Shown here in pieces: positions 40,601-52,600 of a stretch of DNA of 64,000 bases. The first letter of the stretch is position 1, and each line of letters begins with the position of its first letter. The stretch comes from Balanoglossus misakiensis (Eukaryota; Animalia; Hemichordata), in assembly GCA_040954595.2 (NCBI GenBank), contig CM082578.2, positions 3,826,831 to 3,890,830 of the forward strand, given 5' to 3'. A program made the translations under genes and the position numbers. Under the pieces are notes generated by a model. It had not been told where the DNA came from. It saw only the letters and a program-made list of their open reading frames with translations, and searched no databases.

Positions 40601-43600
40601 TAATACAATAATTCGCGGTATCACCGTCCAATAATTATTCAAATGAGGACGCGGAGTCCCATAACCCACAGGGTTATTGGACGCATATTTGACCTTTGAC
40701 CTCACAGCTGTCTGATGTAAACAATGATGATATTGCACCCTACTCTCACAAAAAATTATATAAAAAGTACACAGTCGTTATTAAACAAAATTATTGGTGG
40801 CCCAAAATGCGAAATAAGTCAAAATCCTCGATGAAATTTCAGTCGAAGGAATGTGTGAACGAACAGGCGAGCGCGTTCATCGCTGCAGCGTAGAACGTCG
40901 CGCGCGAGACATGGCAGCTCGACACTAGCATCACCTGATGCGCGAGGTGAAGGCGCGTTCGATATGCAAATTACATCATGGCGGCGTCTGAAAACGAGAA
41001 AGTCCGATAGCGGCCTATTTATTCTTTATCGTTCATCAAGGACGTCCGGAAAAGGTGTATAATAATAAGGTTATTCACAAAATACCGGGATTTATGTCCT
41101 CGTACATCGTACGCTTCGGTATTGTCCTCGACGCTGCGCGTCTCGGACAATACCTGCGCTGCACGATGTACTCGGACATAAATCCCGGTATTTTGTGAAT
41201 AACCTTATATTACAACAAACTTAGTTAAAACACTGTATAACCATAGATATATTATAATAGTATATCGTACGCTTCGGTATTGTCCTCGACGCTGCGCGTC
41301 TCGGACAATACCTGCGCTGCACGATGTACTCGGACATAAATCCCGGTATTTTGTGAATAACCTTATATTACAACAAACTTAGTTAAAACACTGTATAACC
41401 ATAGATATATTATAATAGTGACCTGGCATACACAACATTTTCATAAAATTTGGGCATTTTGTGATAAAAGTTTAACAGGTAAACCTCAGTTGATTCGTTA
41501 TTTTCCCCATAAAAATATCTTTCATGAACAAAATTCCAAATTTAGTCAACCCAGGAAAAAACGGCATCTTGTTTCTCAACCTTATAAATTGATCTGACCA
41601 GTTTGAATCAGTGCAGAATCTAGCTTTTCTATTTTATCTTTATCAAATGATTCATGCAAATAAAGAATCACTTCCCCATAAAATGATGGCAGAAAGCCAG
41701 TATCATGACAGTCGATTGGTTTGTTAAAGTTACTATAGAAACTAACTATGTCTAGGTTGTATGTACATAGATAGATGTTAGGAATCAAAATCAAAATCTG
41801 TTTCAAACTTTTCATCCAATACTTGTCCTTCGGAAAGCGTTTTGATGAAGTCGCTTGAAGTGCTTTGTATTGCTCATGTTATCGATAATTTTAATCGCAC
41901 CTTGATGATAGTCAGCAGTTCTATTTTGACATGTTATTTTGTGTTTTTTGAACCCCCAAAATCAAAGAATAAAATGATAAAGTGAAAATAAGCTTCAAAA
42001 CATCAAAAGTCTTCAGGATCACAGCTTTTCTGTAAAGAGTAAGATTTCGCTTACTTCATGCTATTAAATGAAATGAAGTTTTCCGTAATATCTCTTGCAA
42101 AGTTGGATCTTCACACATTGAGATATTAGAATGAAAGTACTTTCCAAGTGACTTGTTGGGAGCATTGGGCCACCTAATCCCAGAAAATTGCAATAATACC
42201 TGTTTTTCCATTTACCAATCTAAAGGCCAACTGCTTGTATATTTAGTTGGGTTTTTATAATTAACACACATTTTTGACAATATTTATGGCATGATGAACA
42301 CTATTCTCGACAAATAAAATAATGTTGTGTCCCCCGGTGTAATTTTTATGAGTTTGGAATCATAGACACCATTTATCTTTTGGTCAACTCTGTTAACAGT
42401 CGCCAAAATTGCTGGAGTCGAACTGATACATGATCTAAAGTATCAAGACATATGGTCGATTATTAACGTTTCAGCAATTCGACTTAAGTTTTTTTAATTT
42501 CCTATGGCATTTTGACAAACATCAACGCCCCGAAAAAACGTTGTCAACGCTGCGGTCGCGATTGTGGTCGAAACAAAGCCAACATTTTCGCATGGTTTGT
42601 TACCCGGGGTCCATTTAGATTGCATTGCGTTTGAGGCCCTATGTGTATGTCTGTCGACCAATAATCGCGACGACCGTGGACTCAGTTTGGATCAACGTCT
42701 ATTTCGGGCAGTAGACTCTCAGTTGATAAGGAAATTTTACCAGTCACGAGTAAGCTAAGCCCACATCCGTGTGCAATTCGAATATATCGGTGATCTGTTA
42801 ATATGATTATCATTGGCTAAGGTGGTAAACTGTTGTGATTCATATGTGTAATTTATGTACTTCAAGTTAAATATCGCAATTAGCCTAATGTTTGACCATA
42901 GACAGTATGGTTTCACTTCTAGAGGAGCACCTATTAATCCGAGAACAAAGGGATTAAAAGTTGCGCCTTTAAATTGTGTTTTGATAACTTACTTACCCCT
43001 ATAAGTAGTTTAGTAACCATAATATCTTTGCAAATCATTCTTTACACAGTTCCTTGTATCAAATATAGTATTCTAAATTTATTTTGGTGTTTACAGTTGT
43101 TATTTAGTGGGTGAAATTATCTGTATTGGTGGCCATTTTGAAAAATCGGTTGCCATGGAAACTCATCAACAGATATTTAGTGGCTCGCTATCTGAATTTG
43201 TTTAATTCACATTAACACACATCTGAGCCAAGTTTGGTGCTTTTATCACAAAATGCACAATCGCTATGAAAATTAGGGTTTGGCCGCTCCACTATTGGAA
43301 GCCGCCCTCACATACCGGAAATGAGCACTTATATGTGACCTCTTATGAACCCTGTTTTTACCGCCATTTCTGTTTACACGTCGTGAACACTGTACGGACA
43401 CTGTTCCTGTGAAACCTGTTGGTTTACTGTTTGGTTCGCCGATTTACTGTTCTGTAGTTACAGTGTAGTCTTGCCAAAGAAGTAAGAACTCTTTGCTATT
43501 GTTTTTAGATGTTTCTGATGTTAGATCGTGTTGTTTAGACTGTTCGAGAAATGCTATCAAATATATCAGACTGTCAGTTCAGTTGATTATGGCCGTTTGC

Positions 43601-46600
43601 ACGCCTGTTATCCGTTTTTCAGTATCGAAAATATGGTCGGTTTTCGTGAATTACTGATAGAGACTGTTGAATCAGTGAATATAGACTGCCTGTTTTCAGA
43701 TGTTATTCAGAGCGATGGACATGAACCGGGCTGTCCGTTTCAGAGGACAATTTCAGTGTTGAATGCAAACAGCTATCTGGCCGTGTCGATTTTGTGTTTA
43801 GTTACACGAACGAGGATTGATAGTCACGCTTGTGTAGAGGCGTGTTTTGGATTCACTTGTACTTATTGTGAATTGTTGTGATTGTTACGTTTTCAGATCG
43901 AATAAAGTAAAGTATCTCAGAGCGAGTTTATTTTAACTTATACGGTTACCAAGACTCTGCTGCCTGTTGTTTGGTCCACATTCCCTGAGGGTCGCAAAAG
44001 CGAAAGAACCATCTTCAGTTTTCCTCTCAGTCGATTATAATTTCTTTCCGTCCGAACACAGAATATACTGACATTTTGTAAAGCTTCATAAAATGTACGT
44101 CAATCGCAGTCTGCCTCCACGAGAGCGAGGATGATTACTGTACACGGCAGTGGTACTTCTATCTTCCGGGCCCAGCTTACAAGCTGCCTGGTGTTCTGCG
44201 CGCGATCTACACTGCCTGGGAATACCTTTTCTCGTACGCTAAGCGAAAGAACTATCTTCGTTGTAGGGAGTTATTTTTCATACCAAACAGTGTAAGAATC
44301 CCTAAGTAAGGTTCTAACCAGGACCGTTCAGTTTTTACGGCTGGGGGCGGCAAAATCCAGGGGAGGTCACTTAAAGTTTGAAGTCCAAAAGGGGGTCATC
44401 TTTTTTAAAATCGTTTAGGGGGAGTCCTCAAAATTGCAGTTTCGCGCCCTTTATTTTACAAACACATTAGAAGATTCTAGGTTTATCACTTCTTTACACC
44501 CCATTTGCTGACGTTTTCCGATCTCGAACTTGTGACACAGACTTTGGTCGCCGCCATCTTCTCTGTTGTTAGGACAGAGCAATGCCTTATCGAATTGACT
44601 GTTCACTAAACGTCTGTGACCGAGGCTACGGCTGGAACATGGCATTCGTGTGAGACGAGCTACGCGCTTTAACGCGGGGAACTTCGTGACGAAGTCAAGC
44701 GCTGCATTATGAATTCTACTGCCACAACGAAGTACTTCATCTTCGTCTACGAACAAGTTCAGTTGTCGGACGATAGGGGCACGTTTACTCAAGTTCAACT
44801 TAACAGATTGGACAGTGTCCCCATAATACTGGTATTGTACAGCTTTAACTTGCTCCACTATCAAATTTGACACAAGCACAATCTACATTTCCACCAGATG
44901 ACAACCAGCTGTATCTTTCATTTTCTCATCGTGACTCTCCCTCAGCCCTGTCTTCGATTGAAACCTGCATTCTCGATATCATGGAATGGATGACCCATAA
45001 TAAACTCCAGCTCAATGACAGTAAAACCGAAGTACTTCTGATTCACTCCAAGTTTAACAGCTCACCAGATCCTGTTAACAGTGTCAACATTGGTTCCACT
45101 TCTGTCATACCAGTTTAATCTGCTCGCAATATTGACATGATCTTCGTACACCTGCAAATCGATCTACAGTCACCTTCGCCGAATTGGATCTATACGACGT
45201 TACATCACCAACGAGACTTGCCAAATTTTAGTCTAACTTGACTACTGTAACTCACTCCTGCATGGTCTCCCGGAAAACACAATCGCCTTATTACACAAAT
45301 AGCTCAGAACACTACAGCCAGAATAGTCATACAAACCTGGAGACTTTCAAAAGAAAACTGAAAACTCATATGTTCAAAAAAGCATACAGTGTGGTTTAAC
45401 CATGAGCGTCATTGGCACGATTTCTTGTTTTGGATTTTGGCGCTATATAAACCTTTGTTTGTTTGTTTGTTTGTTTGTTTGTTTGTTTGTTTGTTTGTTG
45501 GTTGTGATTCTGTTCATTCTTCCGTGCCTTATATAGGTAGGTTTCCGCAACCGCGCGATGAATCGGAGAACGTAAGTTGTCACTCGCAACAACTTATCCA
45601 AAGCGTTGAATCGGGAAATATCGACCACAGTAAAATTTCCGAAATCATTTCAATCAATTAGTGGCAGTAACTTCCGCTTCAAGAAGTAGTGGTGTCCCTG
45701 AGTGGACGCGGAATCTCGGAGTTTGCGCCGGGTACATGTCAAGTCCGCTTTGTTCAAGATAGTGTACCATGTCGGTTTCGTTTGGTACGGTTCCGGAATG
45801 TAGTGCGCGTGTATCGACCACAGAACTGGGCCATTCAATTGTCGATTTCAATCTGGTAGAAATCACGTGCAGTATGCGCGCGTTCGGATCAGCTGACTTA
45901 CAGGGAATACGTGCGGGCCCAGAAAGCAAATAACCAAACTTAGACGATACCGTGGTTGGGCCGTTCGCGCCCGAAATAACATGCGAGCCAACAAAATTCC
46001 AATACTGGTCGGCACCATTAGTACACAGGCCACGATTCATCACTGAAGACTGGATGAGCGAACGGCAAACCCTTCAAGTGACTAAAATTGTGAATTTCGT
46101 GGGTGATGATGTTGGTCAAGTCCGATGATATTTCAGGGGTGATCATTATGTCAATTGTTGGAGTATTCCCGTTTAATTCAAGCTCCGTTAATTCGGTAAA
46201 CGGCACGGTGCGAACATTTAAGGATTTGTCACCGAAAGTAGACAGCTTGATGTGTTCATAATGCGTAATTTTTGCAGACATCATGGGAGCAAATTTCTCA
46301 GTCACGAATGTTTTGTTTGCTCCCACATCAAACAATATGACAGCACGAACGGGGGAATTCTTTCCCGCGGACAACGGAACGAACGCGGTCTTGAGTAACA
46401 CCGGTCCTGGGTTTCGCGGCTTATCGTCCGGAGATGTAGAGATTTTGGTAAAAGCTACGGTGCGTTTGTTGTGTCTGGGCAGATGACGCGGTCGGTTGAC
46501 CCCTTGGTCGGAGTCGTTGCGGTGGCAGCTGTATTATGTTGTAGCGTGGAGTGGTGGCGTTTCTTACAGATTCTGCGGGAGTATTTGGATTTACATTCTT

Positions 46601-49600
46601 CAACTCTGTGTTTACCCAAGCAATTAAAGCAAGGTCCGCCTTTCTTGACAATATCTAGTCTCTGATGTGTATTTGTAATCACGGTGCAGTTCGATGCGAA
46701 ATGTGACCCCTGGCAAAATGGAGAGGTCTTAGGCGTGGATCTCGGTTTTTGTTTAGTCCTACGGTGGACGATACCGACACTCCTCTGCTAACTTAATCTG
46801 CTCTGCTAACTATACCTGCTTTGCTGTCGACCTACTCTGCTATGCTAAGTCTGCTCTGCTGAGTTAATCTGCTCTGCTAACATAATCTGCTCAGCTGACT
46901 GCTCTACTGTCGACCTGCTCTGCTATGCTAAGTCTGCTCTACCATGGAGGTACTAGTACCCCCATGGCTCTACTGAGTTAACCGGAAGTACTGGAGTACA
47001 TTTTATGGATAAGATATTCACATGTGTTTTCTATTATCACTTACCGCTTTCTCCGTTCTCCGGCCGTCCAAATCAGTGTCCGAGTATATAACAACTTCAG
47101 CAAGTCCGTGAGACGAGCGTATGTTTGTTCGTAAAAATGTACTCCAGTACTTCCGGTTAACTCAGTAGAGCAGACTTAGCATAGCAGAGCAGGTCGACAG
47201 TAGAGCAGATAGTTAGCAGAGCAGATTATGTTAGCAGAGCAGATTAACTCAGTAGAGCAGACTTAGCATAGCAGAGCAGGTCGACAGTAGAGCAGATAGT
47301 TAGCAGAGCAGATTATGTTAGCAGAGCAGATTAACTCAGTAGAGCAGACTTAGCATAGCAGAGCAGGTCGACAGTAGAGCAGATAGTTAGCAGAGCAGAT
47401 TATGTTAGCAGAGCAGATTAACTCAGCAGAGCAGACTTAGCATAGCAGAGCAGGTCGACAGTAGAGCATAATGACTTAGATATAGTTAGCAGAGCAGATA
47501 TAGTTAGCAGAGCAGGTTATGTTAGCAGAGCAGATTAACTCAGCAGAGAGCAGGTCGACAGCAAAGCAGGTAGTTAGCAGAGCAGATTAAGTTAGCAGAG
47601 GAGTGTCGGTATCGTCCACCGTAGTATCGTCCACCGTATGATTTTGGGTGAAACGATGCTGTGAATTCAGCGGCCGGGTGTACTGAAGTGTCAGCTATTG
47701 ACATCTCACCTGAATGTTTTCCGGTTTGAAGGACGTGTATCTCGTGAAGAATGGCTTTCCTCAGAGCCGCGCGCTAGTGTCCATGGAGAATTGCCGTGGT
47801 CTCTCGCGATATGTTCTCGTATGTTGGGCGGCAATTTCTCTCGTATCATAGGCACTAAAAGTTCGCCATAAGTGTTTCCTCCTTGCCCAGCGACTGGAGG
47901 CCCCGTACGTGATTTTAGATACAGTCGTAAAAGTCGTTCAAACTTTGTGCATCTCCGTTTGGTTTCTGTAGATTCCATAACGCGGTCATGTGAGCGTCAA
48001 CTATGGTATGGTTTTGTCCGTACCTTTCTTTGAGCATTTCAGTCGCGTGTGAGTAGTTAGCCTCGGTGAGCGACAGTCCGCCAACGGCTCTCGCTGCTTC
48101 GTCTTTCAGCACACTTCTCAGATAGGTAAACTTCTGAATGTTATCTAAATGGATGTCCGAATCGATCGAGGACTTGAAAACTTCGAAGAAAGATGGCCAC
48201 TCTATCACATTTCCAGAGACAGTTTGTAGCTGGAGTTTCGGCAATGTTACAGTCTTTTGCTGGGCGGGAGCGTTTGGGTTGACGACGACTGGATTGGCTG
48301 TGTTTTGCATAGGAGCGGATGTTTCTAGTTTCATTCGATTTCTCCTCATAAATGTTGTGATGCGATGGATTCGATCAAAAATTGATGCTTGGTAATCACC
48401 AGAATTTCGTTTTCTTCATCAAATTGAGCATCGTCTGTCAACTCTAGTATTTTGATTTCAAGATCGGAGAGAAGTCGATACTTGCTTGAAAGTTGATTGC
48501 CAGGCCCCTCTAGTGTGTCGAGTGTATCTGCTTTTTCGATACTTTCGTCTTCAAAATTGTTCAGGAAAGTTTCAGATCGGTTGAGTAGTCGAGTCAATTG
48601 TCCACGTTGACCACGATGTGATCTCCTGAGCTTCAACAATGGTGCGGCTGCATGATTGATCCTCAGTATGTCCCTCTGCCTTGGCGTTTGATTCCTCTTC
48701 CGTTGTGTTGGCTTCGAGTGTATCCTGGTCTCGGCGCCAAAAAATGTGGGGGATTTATTAGGTAGGCCGTGGACTCCCTCGCGTATGGTTCTTTTAAAAT
48801 CCACTGGAACAGACAACAAATTGGTGTCGTATAAACCAAAAGATTCGGTTTATTGTGTCGACACGTTCAACAGAGAACAGAACGACACGTGCAAGGACGC
48901 TTACAAGTCTTGTCAGCTACAAGCCTATTCGAAAAACTAACGGCTCCTTCTACCCCCACCCCCAAAAGTTGCAATTTGTGTATGCAAATATAGTTTGAGC
49001 GGGAAAAACACTCAGCAGTGATTGGGTGAAAGTGATAACGGCCAGAACAACATACCTCCTCAGAATCAAAACAAGAACATGAAACTCATTTCTCTAAAAT
49101 GTGTGTATTTTTGCGTTTTCTTATCCCAAAGGTTACACTATGCTGCTAAAAATCACTACCTTTGCACTTCTGGTATTTTGTCAAGTTTGAGTTTTATGTT
49201 TTGGTAACTAACTTTACCTGCTATATCGTCTGAATTACGAAGCGCAATTTGAGCATGATACTTTACAGCTAACGCTCATTGCAATATCATTCCAACATGT
49301 GCCTTACAGCATAATACACATAGGATGTAGGACATTTATCGGACCCATGCCCATACAAAATTCGACTTTTAATATTCAACGATTTTTAGAAAATAAAGGC
49401 AGGGTATGGCTGCACGGTTAACGATTTTTTCGATAATGCAAACTTTGCAGGTTGGTCATGAGGCCATTCTGTAGCGATCATTATACACCGTATGATGATC
49501 ACTAAAGACACTGTACAGTAATCATTGTAGACATCGTAAACTTCAATAAGCATTGATCAGCGAATCTTTATACAGGTATCGCTCAGGTAAATGTGAATGG

Positions 49601-52600
49601 TTCACTGAAGACTGTAGTAAACCACTGGGTTTAATGTGCGAGGATAACGGTAAGTATATTCAGACAGTCCTTTCCAACACAATTGACCACCTGTGTAATT
49701 ATGTGGTGTGTATACATTCAACATATTCCATTATACATGGAACGTAAATAAAATGCATACGCATGGTAAATACATTTATCCGCGTGGAAGGGAGTCACAT
49801 TGGAAATATCAAAATGAATCACGGACCATTATTTGTTGCTTTTGGTAAATGGATAATTCAAACATCTTTGACCCAATTTATGGAAATTCGGTATATTGTC
49901 ATGCAAACATACATTTCCCTGGGGAGATTATGTTTCAATACATTTGTTGTATTTCATAGAAATTTGGCATTGAATGGCAAACATGTCTCTTGAGAGAACG
50001 TGTAATATATTCCTGTGCTACTTTAAGTCATGAGTGCATTCGCACTTTTAGAAATTCAATTTATATGCATTTTACATTTGCAACATTCAGATGATGACTT
50101 ACTTCTGCTGCGGGAGAGATTGGTCAAGATAAGTGCCGATGAATTCAGAACAGCAGATGGGGTAAGAAAGGTGTCAAACATTTGAGACTGATGTAGTTCA
50201 CTGTATTGTATAAAGCCACGGGTTAGTGAAATGCACTTAAACGTACTATTTTGTTGACATCTAAAGCTACATACTAAATGATTCCATATAAAGCCACGTA
50301 CTAAATTATTGTCTTCTCTTTTTCCAGGGTATTAGTGTAATTGACAAGTTGGACACGATAACCTCTGACCTTTCGAAGGAAAGTGTTATATTTGAAGGAA
50401 CAATTCTGTTTGCAAAAGGTATTGTTATATGTTGTTGTTTTAACCAAGATGATTATGTGACATCGGTTTCCATCACAACACCGTCCGCATTCAATATCAT
50501 CCAATGATGTAAATAGGATACTCGTATCAGACGCAGAAAAAATAGCACCTTGCAATTATTGAGCGCATCGAAAATGCGTTCATTGGTTTCCACAAATCAT
50601 GCAAATTATCGGTGACCGTCAGATACCTTACATGTAGCTAAGAGAAACTTTTAGAATTGGACGGGTCCAACTGTTGAATGATACGCTGAATTCGAAGTGG
50701 GAAGATAGGTCTCCATTATCTCTTCAAAATTTTCCCCTCATCATTTTCCCCAATGGTTACAAGAAATGGAACTCACTTCAGATTTTTCGGGCATTGGTGT
50801 AAAGCCGAGACTGACAGTCAGACAGAGTAAAAAACCTTTTAATGCCAATGATTACACATTTCAGAAACACTGAATGTCATGCAAAAAGTGATTGACAGAA
50901 TGCAGAACCTAATTGACACCAATCCGAGCGAGAAGCTGAATCCTGGGCAGGCAAACCACATGACAAAGATAACAACGAAAGTATTCGACCAGTTATCAAT
51001 GTTAATACTGAACGAGTCTAATTATGGACACGGACCAATCATCGTGAACACTTCTTCTCTTGTGCTGCATCTGGAAAAGAACTTTGTGCAGGACTTGTGC
51101 GACACCAATGTAATGATTGGAGATGGAAGTGGATTCAATATTCCACCAGTAGACAGTATGTTTCCACAATTGCCGCGGGACTCAGTCTTGAACAGGATGG
51201 TTTGTATACAAGTCGATAATCAGAAGACAATCTCACTTTCGTTTTCTATCGTACATTGCTCTATTCTTTTATATTGATATTTGTCTAACTGTTGATCTTT
51301 AGGCCAGTCAAGTCATTATGGGAATGAATTATACGCTGATATTTGCATCGAGTTAGTGCTTCTGTTGTCATATTTTACAAAATAAGTCCATAAACATTTT
51401 TAATTATGATCTTTGGTTTAATGTACGATTGCGTTGTTGTCACAATGCATTCAGATGCTCGAGGAATATTTTTTTGTAGATTTTCCGTTTTGGTGGGAAC
51501 CCCCACGGATTGGCAAATAAGACACATGGCTTCACTACCGATATACTGTCCCTGGAATTCAGAGATGAAGATGGTAATGAGATAAAAGGTTGGTTTTCAT
51601 TAACGCCATCAGTGGCGTCCTAACATTCGCATGGAACTCTCAAAAATACTTAGAAATCTTTGGAAATGACGTGCATTTCGGTTATAGATTGGGCTTGGGC
51701 ATCAGCAGTGTCATAATGAAATACTTAATATTGTGGATATAATCAGTTACGGAGAAATACATCATTTTACTAGTTAATGTGGCACCATTAAAACTAGATT
51801 GAAATGGCTCATATCTTTTTTAACAACTGTACACAGAAAGCCAGCGATGTATTAGTATAACAATGCTCGCTCATATTTTCATCGTGCGGGCGGAACTCGA
51901 GTAATGGCCCAATTGTGAGTTTAGTGTTGACATCAGTTTGAATTATCACAGAATATTTTCATTTTCAGTGAAAAATGCATCAGAGGATCTCGGCGTATGG
52001 CTTGGTAATTTTCAGACACCTATAAATGAAAGCACCGTCTCCGGATTGTACGTGGACAGTGAATCAGTCACCCACTATGCATTGGCAGTAACGGTAAACC
52101 TCAAACACTATATACAACTAAGCGACTTTTGCATGTTAGCAACTCTACTCTTTGAAAGTACCATCAAACAACCCATCTTGGAGTGATGCTCAGCCCCCCC
52201 CCCCCCCCGGGGGGGGGGGGGGTAAAGCCATATGTAAAAGCGCACAAATCATAACCATGGGGATTTATTTCTTAGCATGCAGCATGAACCATGCAATCAC
52301 CATCCTCTCTGTCATCATGATCCCAGATGTGATGCCCAATGACACAACACGTGAATGTAACTCGCAAAACCAAACACAGCCAAGGTTTACCTCAAAAAGT
52401 TCATTTGTGCCAATTGTTGAGTTCATTTTGTATTGATCTCTTATCGTTGTAGGCACTATCAAGGTTCTTTGCAATGCAAATCACCATGGAAACATCAGCG
52501 CCTGTCTTCGAGACTACTACAGCATACGTGTCACTGGAAAGACCTGACGCTGTCGGTGGCAACGTTGGTTTCCATTATGTAACTGACTTGGTATTTGCAG

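Larger units (their letters stand above)
38123..43294. mobile_element. Academ-like non-autonomous DNA transposon inside the inner BEL 3' LTR
   Basis: TTG|TAGTGGAGCGGCCAAACCC ... GGGTTTGGCCGCTCCACTA|TTG: long TIRs starting TAG and a 3-bp TSD. The 5' LTR shows the empty site. Confidence 0.8.
32518..43996 (+). mobile_element. Younger BEL/Pao LTR retrotransposon (inner); LTRs 32518-33246 and 38092-43996 (interrupted)
   Basis: TG...CA LTRs of about 730 bp that are nearly identical; TSD AAAGC on both sides; PPT GGGGGGGAG. Gag (PKLPKFTGD), protease LLDSGAQ, RT YMDD, RNase H FSDAS..AKSRVAP..PRLEL. Several stops and frameshifts; integrase core deleted near 37620. Confidence 0.95.
29029..44668. mobile_element. 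TTAA-flanked TIR element (Kolobok-like) inserted in the outer BEL integrase region
   Basis: TTAA|AGCGGGTAGATCGTCT ... AGACGAGCTACGCGCT|TTAA. Removing it restores the minus-strand frame TKFPA-LIVWKAHKLMLHEGV. Confidence 0.8.
27446..49052 (-). mobile_element. Old, decayed BEL/Pao LTR retrotransposon (outer), split by nested insertions
   Basis: Diverged LTRs at 48745-49052 and 27446-~27715; PBS-like TGGCGCCGAGACCAGG. Gag (LPKLQL..FSG-like, EWPSFFEVF, KFTYLRS), CFNCLGKH knuckle, protease LFDVGANKTFV, ISRFNALDKLLRVT, and integrase (DFTG, LFTCAVTRAVHL, SDNA, FWRRWSPEYL). The RT region is absent. Confidence 0.9.

Noticed and set aside
27441-49057. TSD for the outer BEL
   Set aside because: The flanks (ATATG versus TACCT) do not match, so its boundaries are approximate.
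52152-52436. Extra exon in the CTL-GAIN gene
   Set aside because: Candidate acceptors give phase 1 or 2, whereas the flanking exons join in phase 0 without it.
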